Shown: positions 1 to 14,392 of the stretch, piece after piece | Layout: each line of letters opens with the position of its first letter | Numbering within the stretch: the stretch's first letter is position 1 | Assembly (NCBI GenBank): GCA_951406725.2 | Contig: OX597819.1 | Span: 25,192,001 to 25,316,000 of the forward strand | Length of the DNA: 124,000 bases | Source of the DNA: Octopus vulgaris | Taxonomy: Eukaryota | Direction of reading: 5' to 3' | Notes under the pieces: model-generated | Databases searched by the model: none | Told to the model about the DNA's origin: nothing | The model's input: only the letters and a program-made list of their open reading frames with translations | Made by a program: the position numbers and the translations under genes

Positions 1-111
1 TTCCTAACACTAGCTGAATGATAACTAAGTTATTTTACTAAATACTTTGTTATACTTAAAATAATTGAAAGAAACACAGAGCATCTCAAAATAAATACAG
101 TAACGAAAGGG
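1..111 (-). mobile_element. piggyBac-type MITE (partial, cut by window edge)
   Basis: Reverse complement of the ~215-bp family at 18021-18234; ends GTAACGAAAGGG|TTAA. Confidence 0.75.
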
Positions 112-257
112 TTAATTTGTTTCCACTATTCTAGTGTGTTTCTTATTCAATTTTCCTTTTTCTCTTTTATTCTATTCTCTTCTATTTCTTATTCTATATT
201 CTCTGCTTCTATTGCATCTCTTCTCACACCAAGTCTCATCGTTTTCCGTACTTACAG

Positions 258-500
258 CCAAAGTAAAAGTGGTACCATGGAGCGACTGGGTGAAGACGAA
301 TACAACAAGAGGTGGATACTTTGAGCAGCGCTTCCGTTTTTCGTGCAGCGCACCAGTCCCGGATCGTCACATGATCCGAGCAAAGCACATGAAAAGCCAA
401 GTGCGTTTCTGCTTAAACAATGGAGTGTGTCACAACTCAGGTGAGCTTCGCAATCCTGTCGACATATACACGCCCGTAGATCGAGTCCTTCGCAAGTACT
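258..500 (+). CDS. SEMA5: Semaphorin-5-like coding exon (TSP1-4 region plus linker); donor at 500/501, possible alternative donor at 440/441
   Basis: Acceptor ...cttacAG at 256-257; translation (A)KVKVVPWSDWVKTNTTRGGYFEQRFRFSCSAPVPDRHMIRAKHMKSQVRFCLNNGVCHNS resembles the SEMA5A segment WTPVNISDNGGHYEQRFRYTCKA..D...EMRYC (recalled). Both CAG|GTGAGC (441) and ACT|GTAAGT (501) are phase 1. Confidence 0.9.
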
Positions 501-3500
501 GTAAGTTCAAAAGGAAACTATTCCGTAAATACTGCAACTGCCGGACACTTGGAGTCTTTCTAGTGTGTCAGAAATGTTCATAGTAGAAGTAGTAGTGGTA
601 CACCTAGCGGTATAAGTGGAGGAAATATAAATACAGACACATAACATGCAAACAACAACAAACAAACAAACAAACAAAAAGAAAATAAGTAACAAACAAA
701 TATATATTAATGTGATTGTGAATAACTAAGAAATTTTACATGTATACACCCACCTACATACATGCATACACACCATGCACACACATGCAAGTCCTCCTAT
801 ACACTCACCAAGGCGTATACATTGCATTACATGTGTAAAGTGTATGGCTTGGTTTGTTATATAAATATAATTATATATACCCATGTATATATTTCTAAGA
901 TATAATATGTCTATAAGTAACATATATATATAACATATTTATATATGTATATGTACATACACTTGTATTATCCATATATTCATATGCGTGTGTGGATATT
1001 TTGTACTATCCATATATTCATATGTGTGTGTGGATATTTTGAATTGAAGGAAAGAGAGATATTGTACTGCATGTAATTTTTTGTGTTTGCATTTTCTTCC
1101 CCACCATATACAATTTTCCCCCTTGACCCACTGGCTCTCCAGTTTTATTACATACTTGTTTGTTCACCTTTCACCACCAACACCAACAACCACCACCACC
1201 ATCGATTTTTACTATGGTTTTTAATATTTACTTCTCCTGTCAATCCTTGAAACCACCTTGACCATTTCCATCATCACTATCACCACCACCACCACCATGA
1301 CCACCACTGTATTTGTCTCATTGCTACAACCACAACCACCAACACTGTCACCTCTTATAAATATCAAAATCAAAGTTAGCTACTTTGTGGGTCTTCTATC
1401 ACTGCTTTAACAAGCATGGGAGACAACTCTGGACATGTTTCTCTTTTGTTATAGGCTCATCAGCAAAGTGTAGCCAATACTGTATTTACGAAAACAATGA
1501 AAACAATATTGTTTTATTTTCTCACTGTATAATTATTTCTGGTTAACATATTTAGTGTTCTGTACATTAGATATATTAACACACTATTTTAACTGCTGTT
1601 ATTTTTCATATGGAGGCATACCTGAATTATTTATTCTCTAGACAATTATAGATGCCTTTGACATGTATCTCTACTCTTGCAACCCCAATACCCAATGTAG
1701 ACATCATAATTAAATGAAAAAAGAATAATGTAAAGGACAAAAATAAATCCAAGGATGATCAAATTTGTTTGAAAATGAAGAAAGTTGAAAAGGGGCAAAC
1801 AGTTGCATGATGGGAAGAAGTAGTGAGTAAATAAAGTATAGATGTAAACAGTAAATTCTGGTTGAATGTTTGGTAGATAGAATGATAGTCATGCGAATAG
1901 TTTTTTTTTTTGTTTTTTGTAAACTGCATGAAGTGCATATATAATAATTTATTGTTGCAATTATACTTTCTATTTTCGTTATTATTCTTGTCATTATTAC
2001 CATCCATTATTTTCATTAACACCACCATCATCAATATCATTATCATTATCTGGATTGGCAGAAATAGTTGAGCACCAGACAAAATACCTTGTATTGGGGT
2101 TCATTTTCTTATCTTGACAAGCTCAATTTTTACCCTTCATCCATCTACAACCAATGAATTTAGTGCTGTTTAAATACCGAAGTTAATTTTATTGGTTGTA
2201 TCTTCTTTTAAAATTTATAATCTTGTGTCCACGTTGAAAATTATTATTATTGAGAGAAGAAGCAACATTATCGTTCATCCTTTTAAAGCTGATAAAATAA
2301 AATACGAGCCACACATTGGGATCAATCTAATTACTATAATCTTCATCTGAATTTGTGGCTGAATATGTGCCCATTATAGAAATTAAAGTACCTGATATTT
2401 GATTTTAAGTGTTGTAATCATTATAGTAAATTACTGGGCAACCCTCTTTGCCTTGCCACAATTTTGTTAAGTCTTGTTAAAAAGGCATCCTCATTACTTG
2501 TATCATTATAAGTATTTGTCAACATTATAACGTGCTATTACTGTTGTCATCATCATTATTATCATTATTAATGATAATTTCATGCCATCTATTTCATACT
2601 TTGATATTATGTATGTATTGTATTTTGGTATGTTTATCACCACCACAACCAGTACCACCATCATCAGCATCATTATGATGGTCCCCGTTTTCCTTGTTAG
2701 TCTACTTTTAGCATGTTCTTATATTGTGTATCTTTCTACAACATAGATTATTTATGTATATACTTACTGTTTGCTGACACAGTTGGTTTTCTACTGCTTC
2801 ACTTTACATTTAAAGTACCTGTTTGGTTTAATTTTATTTAACTTTCAGGATCTAATAAAAAAAATCTGCATTTAGCATATGGATTAGTTTTTCCTTTAAC
2901 TACAATGACAACGAGACTATTAATAACTGTTTCCGATTTAGGTGCAAGGCCAGCAATTTTGAGGCAGGTGGTAGTTAGTCAATTATATCAGCCCCAGTTC
3001 TTGGCTGGTACTTCATTTTATCATTCTCAAAAGGATGAAAGACAAAGTTAACTCTGACAGGATTTCAACTCAGAATGTAAAGAACCAGAACAGATATCAC
3101 TAACTTAATGATAATAATAATAATAATAATAATAATGATGATGATGATAATTCATTATTACTACAAGGGCAACAAATGAAGATACATAATAGGATAGAGT
3201 ATATAAAGTGAAAGGGATAGGATTTACATTGAAATGGAATGAAATGAAAAATTGACTGTATGAAGGGTATAAAATCTGATAATGTCCCTGAGGAGAACCA
3301 TCACTTAGGGCCATTCAAGGAAACCCAGAGATCCAGGATTACCTTGACTATTAAGGGTAAGTGTGCTCTCCAATCTGTACTCCCTGGCATACAGATGCAT
3401 GCTGAATGTAGGTTGAGTACAGCTACAACCATAATAATAATATTAATAATATTAATAATAATGGTAATGATATTAATAATTATTCCTAATATAGGTACAA

Positions 3501-3615
3501 AGCCAACAATCTGGGGGAAAGGGTCAGTTGGTTAACTGACCTTGTGTTACTTCACTGACACCTTACTTTTAAGTATTGGAGTTGAGTTAATTGACTTACC
3601 CAGAAATTTTCTCTC

Positions 3616-3647
<32 letters not shown>

Positions 3648-4667
3648 GAAGATGATGTAAAATTATTGTTGTGGTAATTGCTGTGGTGTGCCGATTGTAT
3701 GACTTAGTTCCGATTTTCATTTAGAACTATTTTGTGTTGTTGGTGCTTTTTAGGGAAGCATGAAAGTCAAAACTTATCATTTTAACCTTTCCCATGAATA
3801 TATAAGGCTTGTGAAATTTATATGTAAAAAAAACAAAAAGAACAAAACAAAACAAACAAATGAAACAAAACGATTTACTTTTACTAATATTATTAATAAT
3901 AATAATAATAATAATCCTTATAATAATGATATAATGATGCTGATTTTGTGGAATCAGAAAGTAACTTATAAAATCCTATGGTATATTTAGGTGCCCCTCT
4001 TTATGCTCTGATTTGAAATTCTACCAAAATCAACTATTCCTCTCATCCTTCTTGAAGTTGATAAAATAAAATACAAGTAGTGTACTGAGTTTGGAATCCT
4101 GCCATCCAGTTTAATGCCACCACCTGATTGGATACCTTGAGCAGAATCCACTGTTACAAGCTTTGGACCCTGTCCCTGGTGTTAAGGAAACCCTATAAGC
4201 TGTGATTTGCTTTTCTTCTTTTCTCTCCCAGTCGTCTTGGAGGCTGTGAAAAATGTCATGAGTGCTCTCCTGGTGGCATATTGCTTAAGAGGTGTTTGTC
4301 TCATGATTATGATTAGAGGGTTGTGTGTTCAGTTTATGGACTGGGTATCATGTTGTGTCCTTGAGCAAAACATTTCATTTCAATTAGCTTCAGTCTAATC
4401 ATCTGAGAATGAGTTACCAGCTGAATGAATGTTGACACAACCCTCTCACCTTTCATCTGTCATGTCCTGGGTGTTCCCCTGGACCAAGAATTGAGGTACT
4501 GAGAAGGTGTCCATGTCTGCTTGTGAGTACAAAAGCAACTGTGGTACATGCTGTCTAGTCATGCTTGCTCACAAAAGACAGCTGACTGTACTTGTAATTC
4601 TTGTCTTTTACAAGGATGACTTCGTGCACATAGTCGAACCAGTCTACTTACAGCAGATTTGTAGTTC

Positions 4668-4702
<35 letters not shown>

Positions 4703-4875
4703 CTTGTGAAAATTGTTAAAATCTCATCCTTAATCATTATTTGCTGCTGCTAATGCAATTCTGTTAGGATGAGTCATTAAATTTAAGAGAGACTCTCTTG
4801 AATATGTTTTCCTTTTTAATTGCTGCTATTATAATTTTGATCATCATCATCATCATCATTATTATAATCATCAGT

Positions 4876-5250
4876 GGAGGCGCAATGGCCCAGTGGTTAG
4901 GGCAGCGGACTCGCAGTCATAGGATCGTGGTTTCGATTCCCAGACCGGGCTTTGTGAGTGTTTATTGAGCGAAAACACCTAAAGCTCCACGAGGCTCCGG
5001 CAGGGGATGGTAGTGATCCCTGCTGTACTCTTTCACCACAACTTTCTCTCACTCTTACTTCCTGTTTCTGTTGTACCTGTATTTCAAAGGGCTGGCCTTG
5101 TCACTCTCTGTGTCACGCTGAATATCCCCAAGAACTATGTTAAGGGTACACATGTCTGTAGAGTGCTCAACCACTTACACGTTAATTTCATGAGCAGGCT
5201 GTTCCATTGATTCAGATCAACCGGAACCCTTGTCGTCGTAACCGTTATAA
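4876..5250 (+). mobile_element. tRNA-derived SINE, family B (GGAGGCGCAATGGCCCAGTGG...)
   Basis: Box A/B-like head; near-identical copies at about 16717-17020(+), 26100-26385(-), 27251-27440(+), 37420-37735(-), 38143-38455(+), 113215-113412(-). Confidence 0.85.
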
Positions 5251-5984
5251 CCCATATTATAATCATCATCTTGTTATAGATGTCATTGCCATCAACATCT
5301 CTATCATCACCTTTACCATTGTGGTCATCATGTTTATCAAATAGTTGTCATGGATGTGCTTGTAGTGGTAGCACTAATAATTCAAGGATTTGAAATGGAT
5401 TATCTTCATTATGAGTTTTGTATTAATTGTTATTGAGATTAAAACCATTCTTACTATGTCAGGAAATTAACTCGACTATGCCAGTCCATATAAAAATATA
5501 AATCCATTATATCTATGTTACAGTTAGTCATTATTGAAAGGAGTAATAAAATAATAAGTTTATTGTTGACCCTTTTGGAATTGATTAATTAAAATACCAG
5601 CCAAATACTGACATCACATACATGTCCCTCCAAAATTTCAATCTTTGTTGTTGTTGTTGTTGTTTTTATTATTATTTCTCTGTCTTTACGTTCTAAGTTC
5701 AAATTCTGCTGAAGTCGACTTTGCTTTCATCGTTTTAGAGTTGATGTAAAAGTACCAGTTGAGCACTGGAGTTGATATAATCAAATAGTGCCCCACCCCC
5801 ATCCCCAATTCAGGCCTTGTGCCTATAGCATAAAAGATTATTATTATTATTATTATTATTATTTGATGAAAACTCTCAGTTTATTTTGTTGGGTACGGTA
5901 GAAAGTGTAAGCTGTCTACAGCCAACAGACTAAGGTAACACTTGTTTACTGGTCATGCTTCAAGAATCTTGAGAATTATTGCTA

Positions 5985-6051
<67 letters not shown>

Positions 6052-7416
6052 GCTGGTGAGCTGGCTACATAGTTAGCATGTTGGAAAAAATGCTCTACTT
6101 ATACTTCTTCCAGCTCTTTACATTCTGAGTTCAAATCCTGGGAAGGTTAACTTTACCTTTCATCCCTCAAAGGTTGATAGCATAAGTACCAGTCAAGTGC
6201 TGGAGTCACTGTAATCAACTCTCCCCCCCACCTCTCAAAATTGCTGGCCTTGTTTAAAAAACTAGAAAAAATTATTATCTGTCATCATGATCACTATGTG
6301 AATCACCATTATTATTACTACTTCCTCAGTTTAGTCAGTTCTCAAAGTGATAAATACCTGGCCTCCTTTAAAATATCAATGAAATTTGTCTTTAGTCTCA
6401 CTTAAAACTTTTTATTAAGCAGAAGACAAATGTGCTTTACATCCATATAATTCTTCTTTGTTTGCTACAATGAGGACAAATTTAACCTCAGAAATGGTTT
6501 TAAGCTTGAAAAGTTTTTAAGTCATCTTAGTTTTATTAAACAGGCATAAGTGTGGTTGTGTGGTAAAAAGTTTGCTTCACAACCACATGGTTTTGAGCTC
6601 AGTCTCACTGTGTGGCACCTGGGGCAAGTATCTTCTACTATAGCCCTGGATCAACCAAATCCTTGTGAGTAGATTTGGTTGACAGAAACAGAAAGAAGCC
6701 TATTGTATATATAACCCATGCCAGCATGGAAGGCGGACATAAAACAATGATGATGATATGTATACATCTAAATGTGTGTGTTTGTGTTTCTCCTGCACCA
6801 CCACTACAACTGGTGTTTGTTTGTTGACACCCTTCTAATTTAATGTTTCAGAAAAAAAGAAATCAATAGAATAAGTACCAGGCTCAGAAAAAAGAAAAAA
6901 AACAAAGCCTAGGGGCAATTTTTTCAACGAAACCCTTCGAGGTAGTGCCCTAGCATGGCCACAGTCCAGTGACTGAAACTAGTAAAGTATAATAGAGAAA
7001 AAAATGGCAATTTGTGTATGCCATTTGCAAAATGCTACAGCCACCCTCACGCTCATCTCCTATGAGAAACAATGTACATAGTTATTACTGACTAACCCTA
7101 CCCACACATAGGTCATTATAAATAGCATGGCTTGATTACTCTGTATATTTAATGGGTTAAATTGTATTGGTTACTGTGTATTATTGTGTAACTATCTTGT
7201 GAATCCGGATGTAGCTCTATTGCAACAAGTCTTAGTTATTTAATGTGGAAGCTATGATAGGAAAAAAGACTGGAATAGTTACTGTTAGTTACATTTGATA
7301 ACTAGTTAATTACTCGGTGAACTTTACTTTTAAAGCAGTATATTCTTTCATAAGACATTGCCATTGGACTTCAACAATATGACATAACTATAGATAGGTC
7401 TCTTAATTATATGACA

Positions 7417-7825
7417 TACTCTTTACTCTCTTTTACTTGTTTCAGTCATTTTGACTGCGGCCATGCTGGAGCACCGCCTTTTAGTCGAGCAAATCGACCC
7501 CGGGACTTATTCTTTGTAAGCCCAGTGCTTATTCTATCGGTTTCTTTTGCCGAACCGCTAAGTGACGGGGACGTAAACACACCAGCATCGGTTGTCAAAC
7601 ACAGACACACAAACACACACACACATATACACACACATATATATATATATACATATATACGACAGGCTTCTTTCAGTTTCTGTCTACCAAATCCACTCAC
7701 AAGGTATTGGTTGGCCCGGGGCTATAGCAGAAGACACTTGCCCAAGATGCCACGCAGTGGGACTGAATCCGGAACCATGTGGTTGGTTAGCAAGCTACTT
7801 ACCACACAGCCACTCCTGCGCCTAT
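7417..7825 (-). mobile_element. tRNA-derived SINE, family A (GGCGCAGGAGTGGCTGTGTGG... GAGTAAAA tail)
   Basis: Internal (TA/TG)n and GAGTAAAA tail repeats; roughly 20 full or partial copies, e.g. 25455-25790, 30625-31020, 39415-39735, 45230-45645, 66350-66815, 67535-67940, 74366-75225, 80840-81240. Confidence 0.88.
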
Positions 7826-9095
7826 CATTTTTATAAAATATTGTATTGATTGAATAGAGAATCACTGTCTGTTATAAGTCTGTTTATTGTAGCACTAGGA
7901 TGGTTCAAGAAACTTATTTAACCTATCTGTTTAGTTTAGTATATTCTTGTTAATAATGATGGTGATTATAGTAATAGTAGTGATCGTAATTGTAACAAAA
8001 ATGGTAATGGTATGAGCGATATAGTGGTTAGGAAGGTGGTGGTGGTGGTATTCTGTTTGTGGTGGTTATGAGAACACATAATAATAATAATAATAATAAT
8101 AACAATAATAATAATAATAATAATAATAATAGAAGTGGTGGTTTTGGAGGTGTCAGTAGTTATTCATTGCTTTTGTTGTTGGTGTTATTGTTGGTGTGGC
8201 ATATATTTGTAAGTATCAACATGGTGGGTGTTGGGGGTTGAATATGAATCATAAAAAACAATATGGAAATCATGAATTATCTGTAACTGGTTAGCATCAT
8301 GTACTGCAAGGCTTATAATTGTGTAGTATGGAAGGAAGCAATGGATATGTGTGTGTATGTGTTCATTAGTTTGTTGAAGTCATCATGGCTAAGGTCATGT
8401 TGGACTAGCTCTCTCAGTGTATGTGTGTGTATGTATATTTGTCTACAGACACTATTATGTATGAGAGATACATTTTTAAGGTTCAAGAATTAAACTCAGA
8501 CTCTGACTTTCATTCACTCTCACCTATTCACGAGCAAAGTTCTTGAAAGATCTTCTTCAAACGACAAGAGAAATAACACATTTCACGAGGAATCTCAACC
8601 AAATATGAGGGCCACTGGTTTCATTAACAGGTTCAGTTAAGTAAAAGATTCATAATACTGGAAATTGGTGTTGGTGGTGTTGGTGTCGATGTTGGTTGTG
8701 AAGGGGAAGATGCCAGTTATTATTTCTAGTTAAGGGTTCGTGCTTGCTGAGAACTGACCAATGGAGTGGCTCTATTTTATATACTTCTGTTCAGTTTGCA
8801 GGCAACATTATCACTCTGAACATCATATGTTTGTTTGTTTGTTTGTTTATATCTATGTCTGCATGTGTGTGTGTATGTGTGTATATATGCATATATGTAT
8901 AATATAATGTAATTAGTGTATTGGTCCACCTAAATGTAATAATAGCTATTAATGTACAAAAATGTGAAAAAAAATTTAACATATCTATATAAATATTTAT
9001 ATATACATGTATAGATATATTCTCCACACACACACACACACACATACATATGAACATATACATGCTTTCTTGCTGCATATATTATAAAAGTCATG

Positions 9096-9129
<34 letters not shown>

Positions 9130-10068
9130 TACATGCACATGCATATATAAACACATAAATATTCATCCTATTGGATTCATTCATACAATGCATATGCATA
9201 TATTGACACGGACAAAAATCTCGATGCGTCAATGTTAGAAATATACCTGAATTATAGAATATTGATAATGCATAGATATTTGAACTGTTAAAAACACATA
9301 CACGCACACATATGTACATTTACTCATACACACATATATTTATATTTATGTGCTTTTACACAAACACACACATATACTTAGAGATATTCTGATATACATA
9401 TGTACACCTTATATATATACATATATATATCTATATATGAATATATACATATATATATATATCCATAAGTATATTTGTATGTATATATATATATATAGAT
9501 ATATATGTATATATATTTATATATATATATACATATATATGTATATATATACTTATATATATACATATATACGTATATATATTTAAATATATATACATAT
9601 ATATCTATATACTTATATATATATATATCTATATCTATATATATCTATATACATATAGATATATTATACATATATACATATATATATATACATACAAATA
9701 TACTTATGGATATATATATACATACATACAAATATACTTATGGATATATATATATATGTATATATTCATATATAGATATATATATGTATATATACATTAA
9801 TATATATATGTATATATGTATGTGTATACATATGTATGTATATGTATATATTCATATATAGATATATATATGTATATATACATTCATATATATATATGTA
9901 TGTGTATATATATGTATGTATATGTATCTATTCATATATAGATATATATATATGTATGCGTATATATATGTATGTATATGTATATATTTTTATTTATATA
10001 TACATATATATATATACACACATATATATTTATATGTATGCACACTCACATGTGTGTATATATACATG

Positions 10069-10131
<63 letters not shown>

Positions 10132-11974
10132 ACACATATACACAAATATTTATATAATAAGGATGTACCACTTACAAATGACTCTATAAATTAACTATGA
10201 TATTATTATATAGATCATCCCTATCGACTTTCTAGTTTTGTTCTATGCTCCTTGCTGTAAACTAAAAACAGCAACAAAATCATGTCATGTACAATTAAAA
10301 TATATAACAACAGCAACAACAACAAAAACAATTGTAAGAATGAAAATGACAAAAATGAACAAATAAATGAATGCAAGAAAGAACAATGAAAAAAATTATC
10401 CAAAAGAGACTTGGTTTGGATTGAACCTCCTTGACTTGCAAAAGTATTTTGGAAAATATCCACTCACTTTTGCATCATACCACAAAATTCTACAAGAATT
10501 TACATGGAATTTACATGGCTTATAGACTTTCCTATTGGATTTACTAAAAAAAAAAAAGAAAAAAAGAAATATTCTACAGACAATAATTGCAAACAGAAAT
10601 GGAAATTATCGATCAATACTCTTCTGTATTTATTATTATTATCATCATCAACATTATTATTATTATTATTATTATGGTGATCATGAATTTGTGTTATTCT
10701 TGAGTAATAAAAATTATGTACAGTCAGTCCTAAGGATGGAAGAATTTCTTTATCCAATTTTAGTTCTTGGAGATGGTCATAATTCTGTTTTTTGTTTTGC
10801 TCTCAATTATGCAATGACAACAGAACAGTTTTCAAATATTTCTTTTTGTAATTTTTTTTCCATTCTGGATGCTGCCTGAGCTTATTTAGCAATCAGGCTC
10901 AGCACATTACTGGTTGGTTCTATACTTAGGTATTGTTACTCTTGATAACTGTCTTTACTTTTAATAACCAATGGGTCATTGTGATTTCTAGTGAATACCT
11001 TTGCTGATAAAACAACAATAAGCTTGTATGTAATTTCAACTTCTTATCAGAATCTCCTGTTGTTAAAAAAATGGAAAACATAAACAAAAAAAAACAAGAA
11101 AAAAAAAAAACCGAAATACTAAAACATGTATGGGACAAAAAATGATGCTAAAGTGGAGAGGAAAAATGAATCACAAAAACAAAACGAGAAAAAAACATGA
11201 GTAATAATAATGATAATTAATAATGATAATTATAAGAGAAATAATGAGAAGACATTCAAGAAATTTTGGGATTTCAAATGAACAAATGTTTGTGAATATT
11301 TTTTTGGTATTTTTTTTACCTTGTCTTTTTTTTTGTCTCCTATTTTTATTGAAAATTTACAGAGAGTATTCGACATACACGCATAAATGAACACAACACA
11401 TATCCCAATAATATAATAATACAGCCAAAATACTCTCTAAGCTTTTAAAAGACAATTATAATATATCTTGAGAGGTAATATATCATGAAAGACTGGATAA
11501 AAAAACATGCATTATACAGTTTTACTTAATGTATAAATTATAATTATGATTATTAATTTTATTATTATTATTAATATGATTTTTATTCTAAAAACTGCTG
11601 CCTTGTTTTGAATCCAAGACTGCTGTTTTGTATATTGTTTTCCTTAATTTGTTTTGTTTTGTTGCATTTTCATTTTTTTTTTTAATGGTAATTCTTCTCT
11701 AGATAAATTGCAATAAACATAAAATTCATTACTTGGTGTTGTGATGGATAAACAACTAAAATCTTAGAAAAAAGAAAAAAAATTGAAATGAAGGAAAAGT
11801 GTGTGTATGTGACAATATAACCACAGGACTGAAAATCTGAAAATGTGAAATCTGTAAAACAATCTTCGTAGTAATAGTATGAATTAAGTTTAGGAACCCT
11901 GGTGGAAGGATACACTTGCTTCTAATATATACATACATACATATATATAATACATAATATATATGTATATACAG

Positions 11975-12014
<40 letters not shown>

Positions 12015-12230
12015 TTTTATTAATATTTAGCAGAAGCAACAGAGTGACTCAGAGGCCAAGGGTTTCGTGTGTTGGCACACAAGAAAATCTTAGACCTTCA
12101 GTCACTATGTTGCTTCGGTTAAATATAAATAAAAATATACACTTACTCATATTTTTCCTGTTTGTACCAACATACCTACATACATATATATATATTTATA
12201 TATATGTACTTGTGTGTGTATGCACATACA

Positions 12231-12269
<39 letters not shown>

Positions 12270-13929
12270 GTGTGTGTGTGTGTATGTTTGTATATATGTA
12301 CACTCAAACTATGTATCTAACAGCAAAAGAAGTAGGCCCCAATAACATGTAGAAAGTGAGTATTGGATATATATATATATATATATATTTGCGTCTGGTT
12401 GAACATGGGACCGTATCATTTCATAGATGTTTCTGGATTGACACTGATATGAATTGTAATGAAAAGTACTCAATACTCTTAAACTAAGTAGAAGAACTTC
12501 TGTTCAGATTCATGTCAGTATGAGTGGCTACTCAGAGTCTCTTGTTTGCATTTCTTTGACAATGAATGGGAGCAAGAACTTTGGGTAGTGACTTATGTAG
12601 ATTCAATTTTGAAAGGGCATCCTTCCCATAAATATGTGAGTACATAGATATACACACAAACATATGCACAGTCTTTGATTAACATCGTTTATAATACTGT
12701 TCAAAGAAAGCGTTATTAAGGATGATATGGAAAAGCTGATATACTTACATCCTAAAATAAATATGCATATATACTAAATATGTATACATACTGTGTGTGT
12801 ATGTGTATGTATACTAGAATAAAATGATATGGAATGAAAGCACTGTACATCACACTGCTGTGTATATTTAAGCAAAGCAGATTAATATTCTACCACTAGA
12901 TTTATTACTTATTTTTCCATGATGCATGAAGAAAGGTATTATTAACTACAGATCACCAAAAAGGCAATCACTGTATTTCTGAAAGCAAGTATATCATTGA
13001 TTTTAGAATTTCTGTTCAATGTTTAAATTGTTTACCAAAATGACATCAGTGAAAGCCACCCCCACCCCAACCACCACACACACATACATTTTCTCTGTGT
13101 GTCTCACACACACTCTTACATTGAGCTTCTAGATAGTTTTATCTATTTCATTGTACTTGCTAAGTATTTTTCAATTTGAGGGTTTTGTAAAGACACTGGC
13201 TCAAATTCTCTGTGGTGGGATCGAACCCAGAGCTAAGTGGTTGTGGAGTAAACTTCTTAACCAAGTCATGCATGCATCTGCAACTTGATTTGTTCATCAT
13301 GCAGTTATAGTCTATAGAAATAGTTTGGACAAATATTTTTTTAAAAATAGAATTAATCAAGGACTTGTAAATGAGTATGTGCTAGTATATACGTAATTCT
13401 ATGTGTGTGCCCATAAGGATTGTTTAAAAAGATGGTTAAAGAATTGGTCTACCAGATCTAGGGTGAAGAATTTGTGTTAACTGTTAATGTTTCATTGTGT
13501 TACAGAGCAAACACACTTTTAAATCTTTTAGCATTTTTTGATAAGTTAATGAAAGGAGGGTGAAGAGCCATGGTCATTATCTATGCAGACCCTTCCAGTT
13601 TTATTAGATTGATATGGCTGATGTCCAGGCTCAGTGTCTGCAGCTCAGTCCCCCTCCCCAAAAACAGAAACAAACAGAAGTGTTGGGAGGAAAGCAGTGA
13701 TAGGAAAGGGCATGTTTCAAATACTTGTAAGAGCATGAAGTCCTCTAAAGATACTGCTCAACTTGCTTAACTCTAGTGAAGAAATAACAGATTTTTTGGT
13801 GGGTGGGGGGAATATTAACTAATACACTGATGTCCTATCTTTTATGTTTGCCTGACATATTTCCTTTTTGCTTTGAAAATATTTAATTGGATGAGAAAAT
13901 TCATTATTGTAAAATGTCAATGTATCTGC

Positions 13930-14392
13930 TTCACAGCTGAGTTGCTAGACAGTGAAATAAGATACTAGTAATGCACACATAGGTTCACAGATGTGTGGCT
14001 AGGCAAAGGAAGAGGTTCATAACAATGTGCACATGGCTTCATAGTTGAGTGGCTAGACATAGGGACAGGAGTCTAGTGGTGTGTACAGGTTCACAGCAGA
14101 GTAACTAGGCATAGCAACAGGACCCTAGCAGTGTATATATAACTTCACAGTTGAGCTGGTTAGACATAGTAATGGGATTCTAGTAGTGTGTACATAGTTT
14201 CACAGCTGACTGATTAGGCATAGGAAGATATAGGCAGTGTATCCACCTGTTCACAATTGAATAACTGGGGAAGAGGGTACTAGTAGTGTATAATAATTTC
14301 ACAGTTGAGTAGCTATTCATAACAACAAGATCTAACTGTATATGCATATATAAGTGTGGCTTCACAGTTGAATGGCTAGACATAGAAAGAGA
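13930..14392. repeat. Old diverged ~54-bp tandem repeat, about 9 units
   Basis: Anchor TTCA(C/T)A(G/A) recurs at 13930, 13984, 14038, 14090, 14144, 14199, 14250, 14298, 14361, usually followed by ...GAGTGGCTAGACATAG...CTAGTAGTGT. Confidence 0.75.

Noticed and set aside
134-583. 149-aa ORF as a standalone gene
   Set aside because: It is the Sema5 exon plus intronic read-through on both sides.
4232-4300. Strong pyrimidine tract plus AG as the missing TSP exon
   Set aside because: Downstream frames contain no TSP1 motif.
4876-4950. tRNA genes at SINE heads
   Set aside because: Box A/B-like only; no complete cloverleaf, and they continue into SINE bodies.
9350-10194. Long [12 protein letters not shown]/poly-N/poly-V ORFs here and throughout the ORF track
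   Set aside because: Translations of microsatellites; no domain, no splice context.
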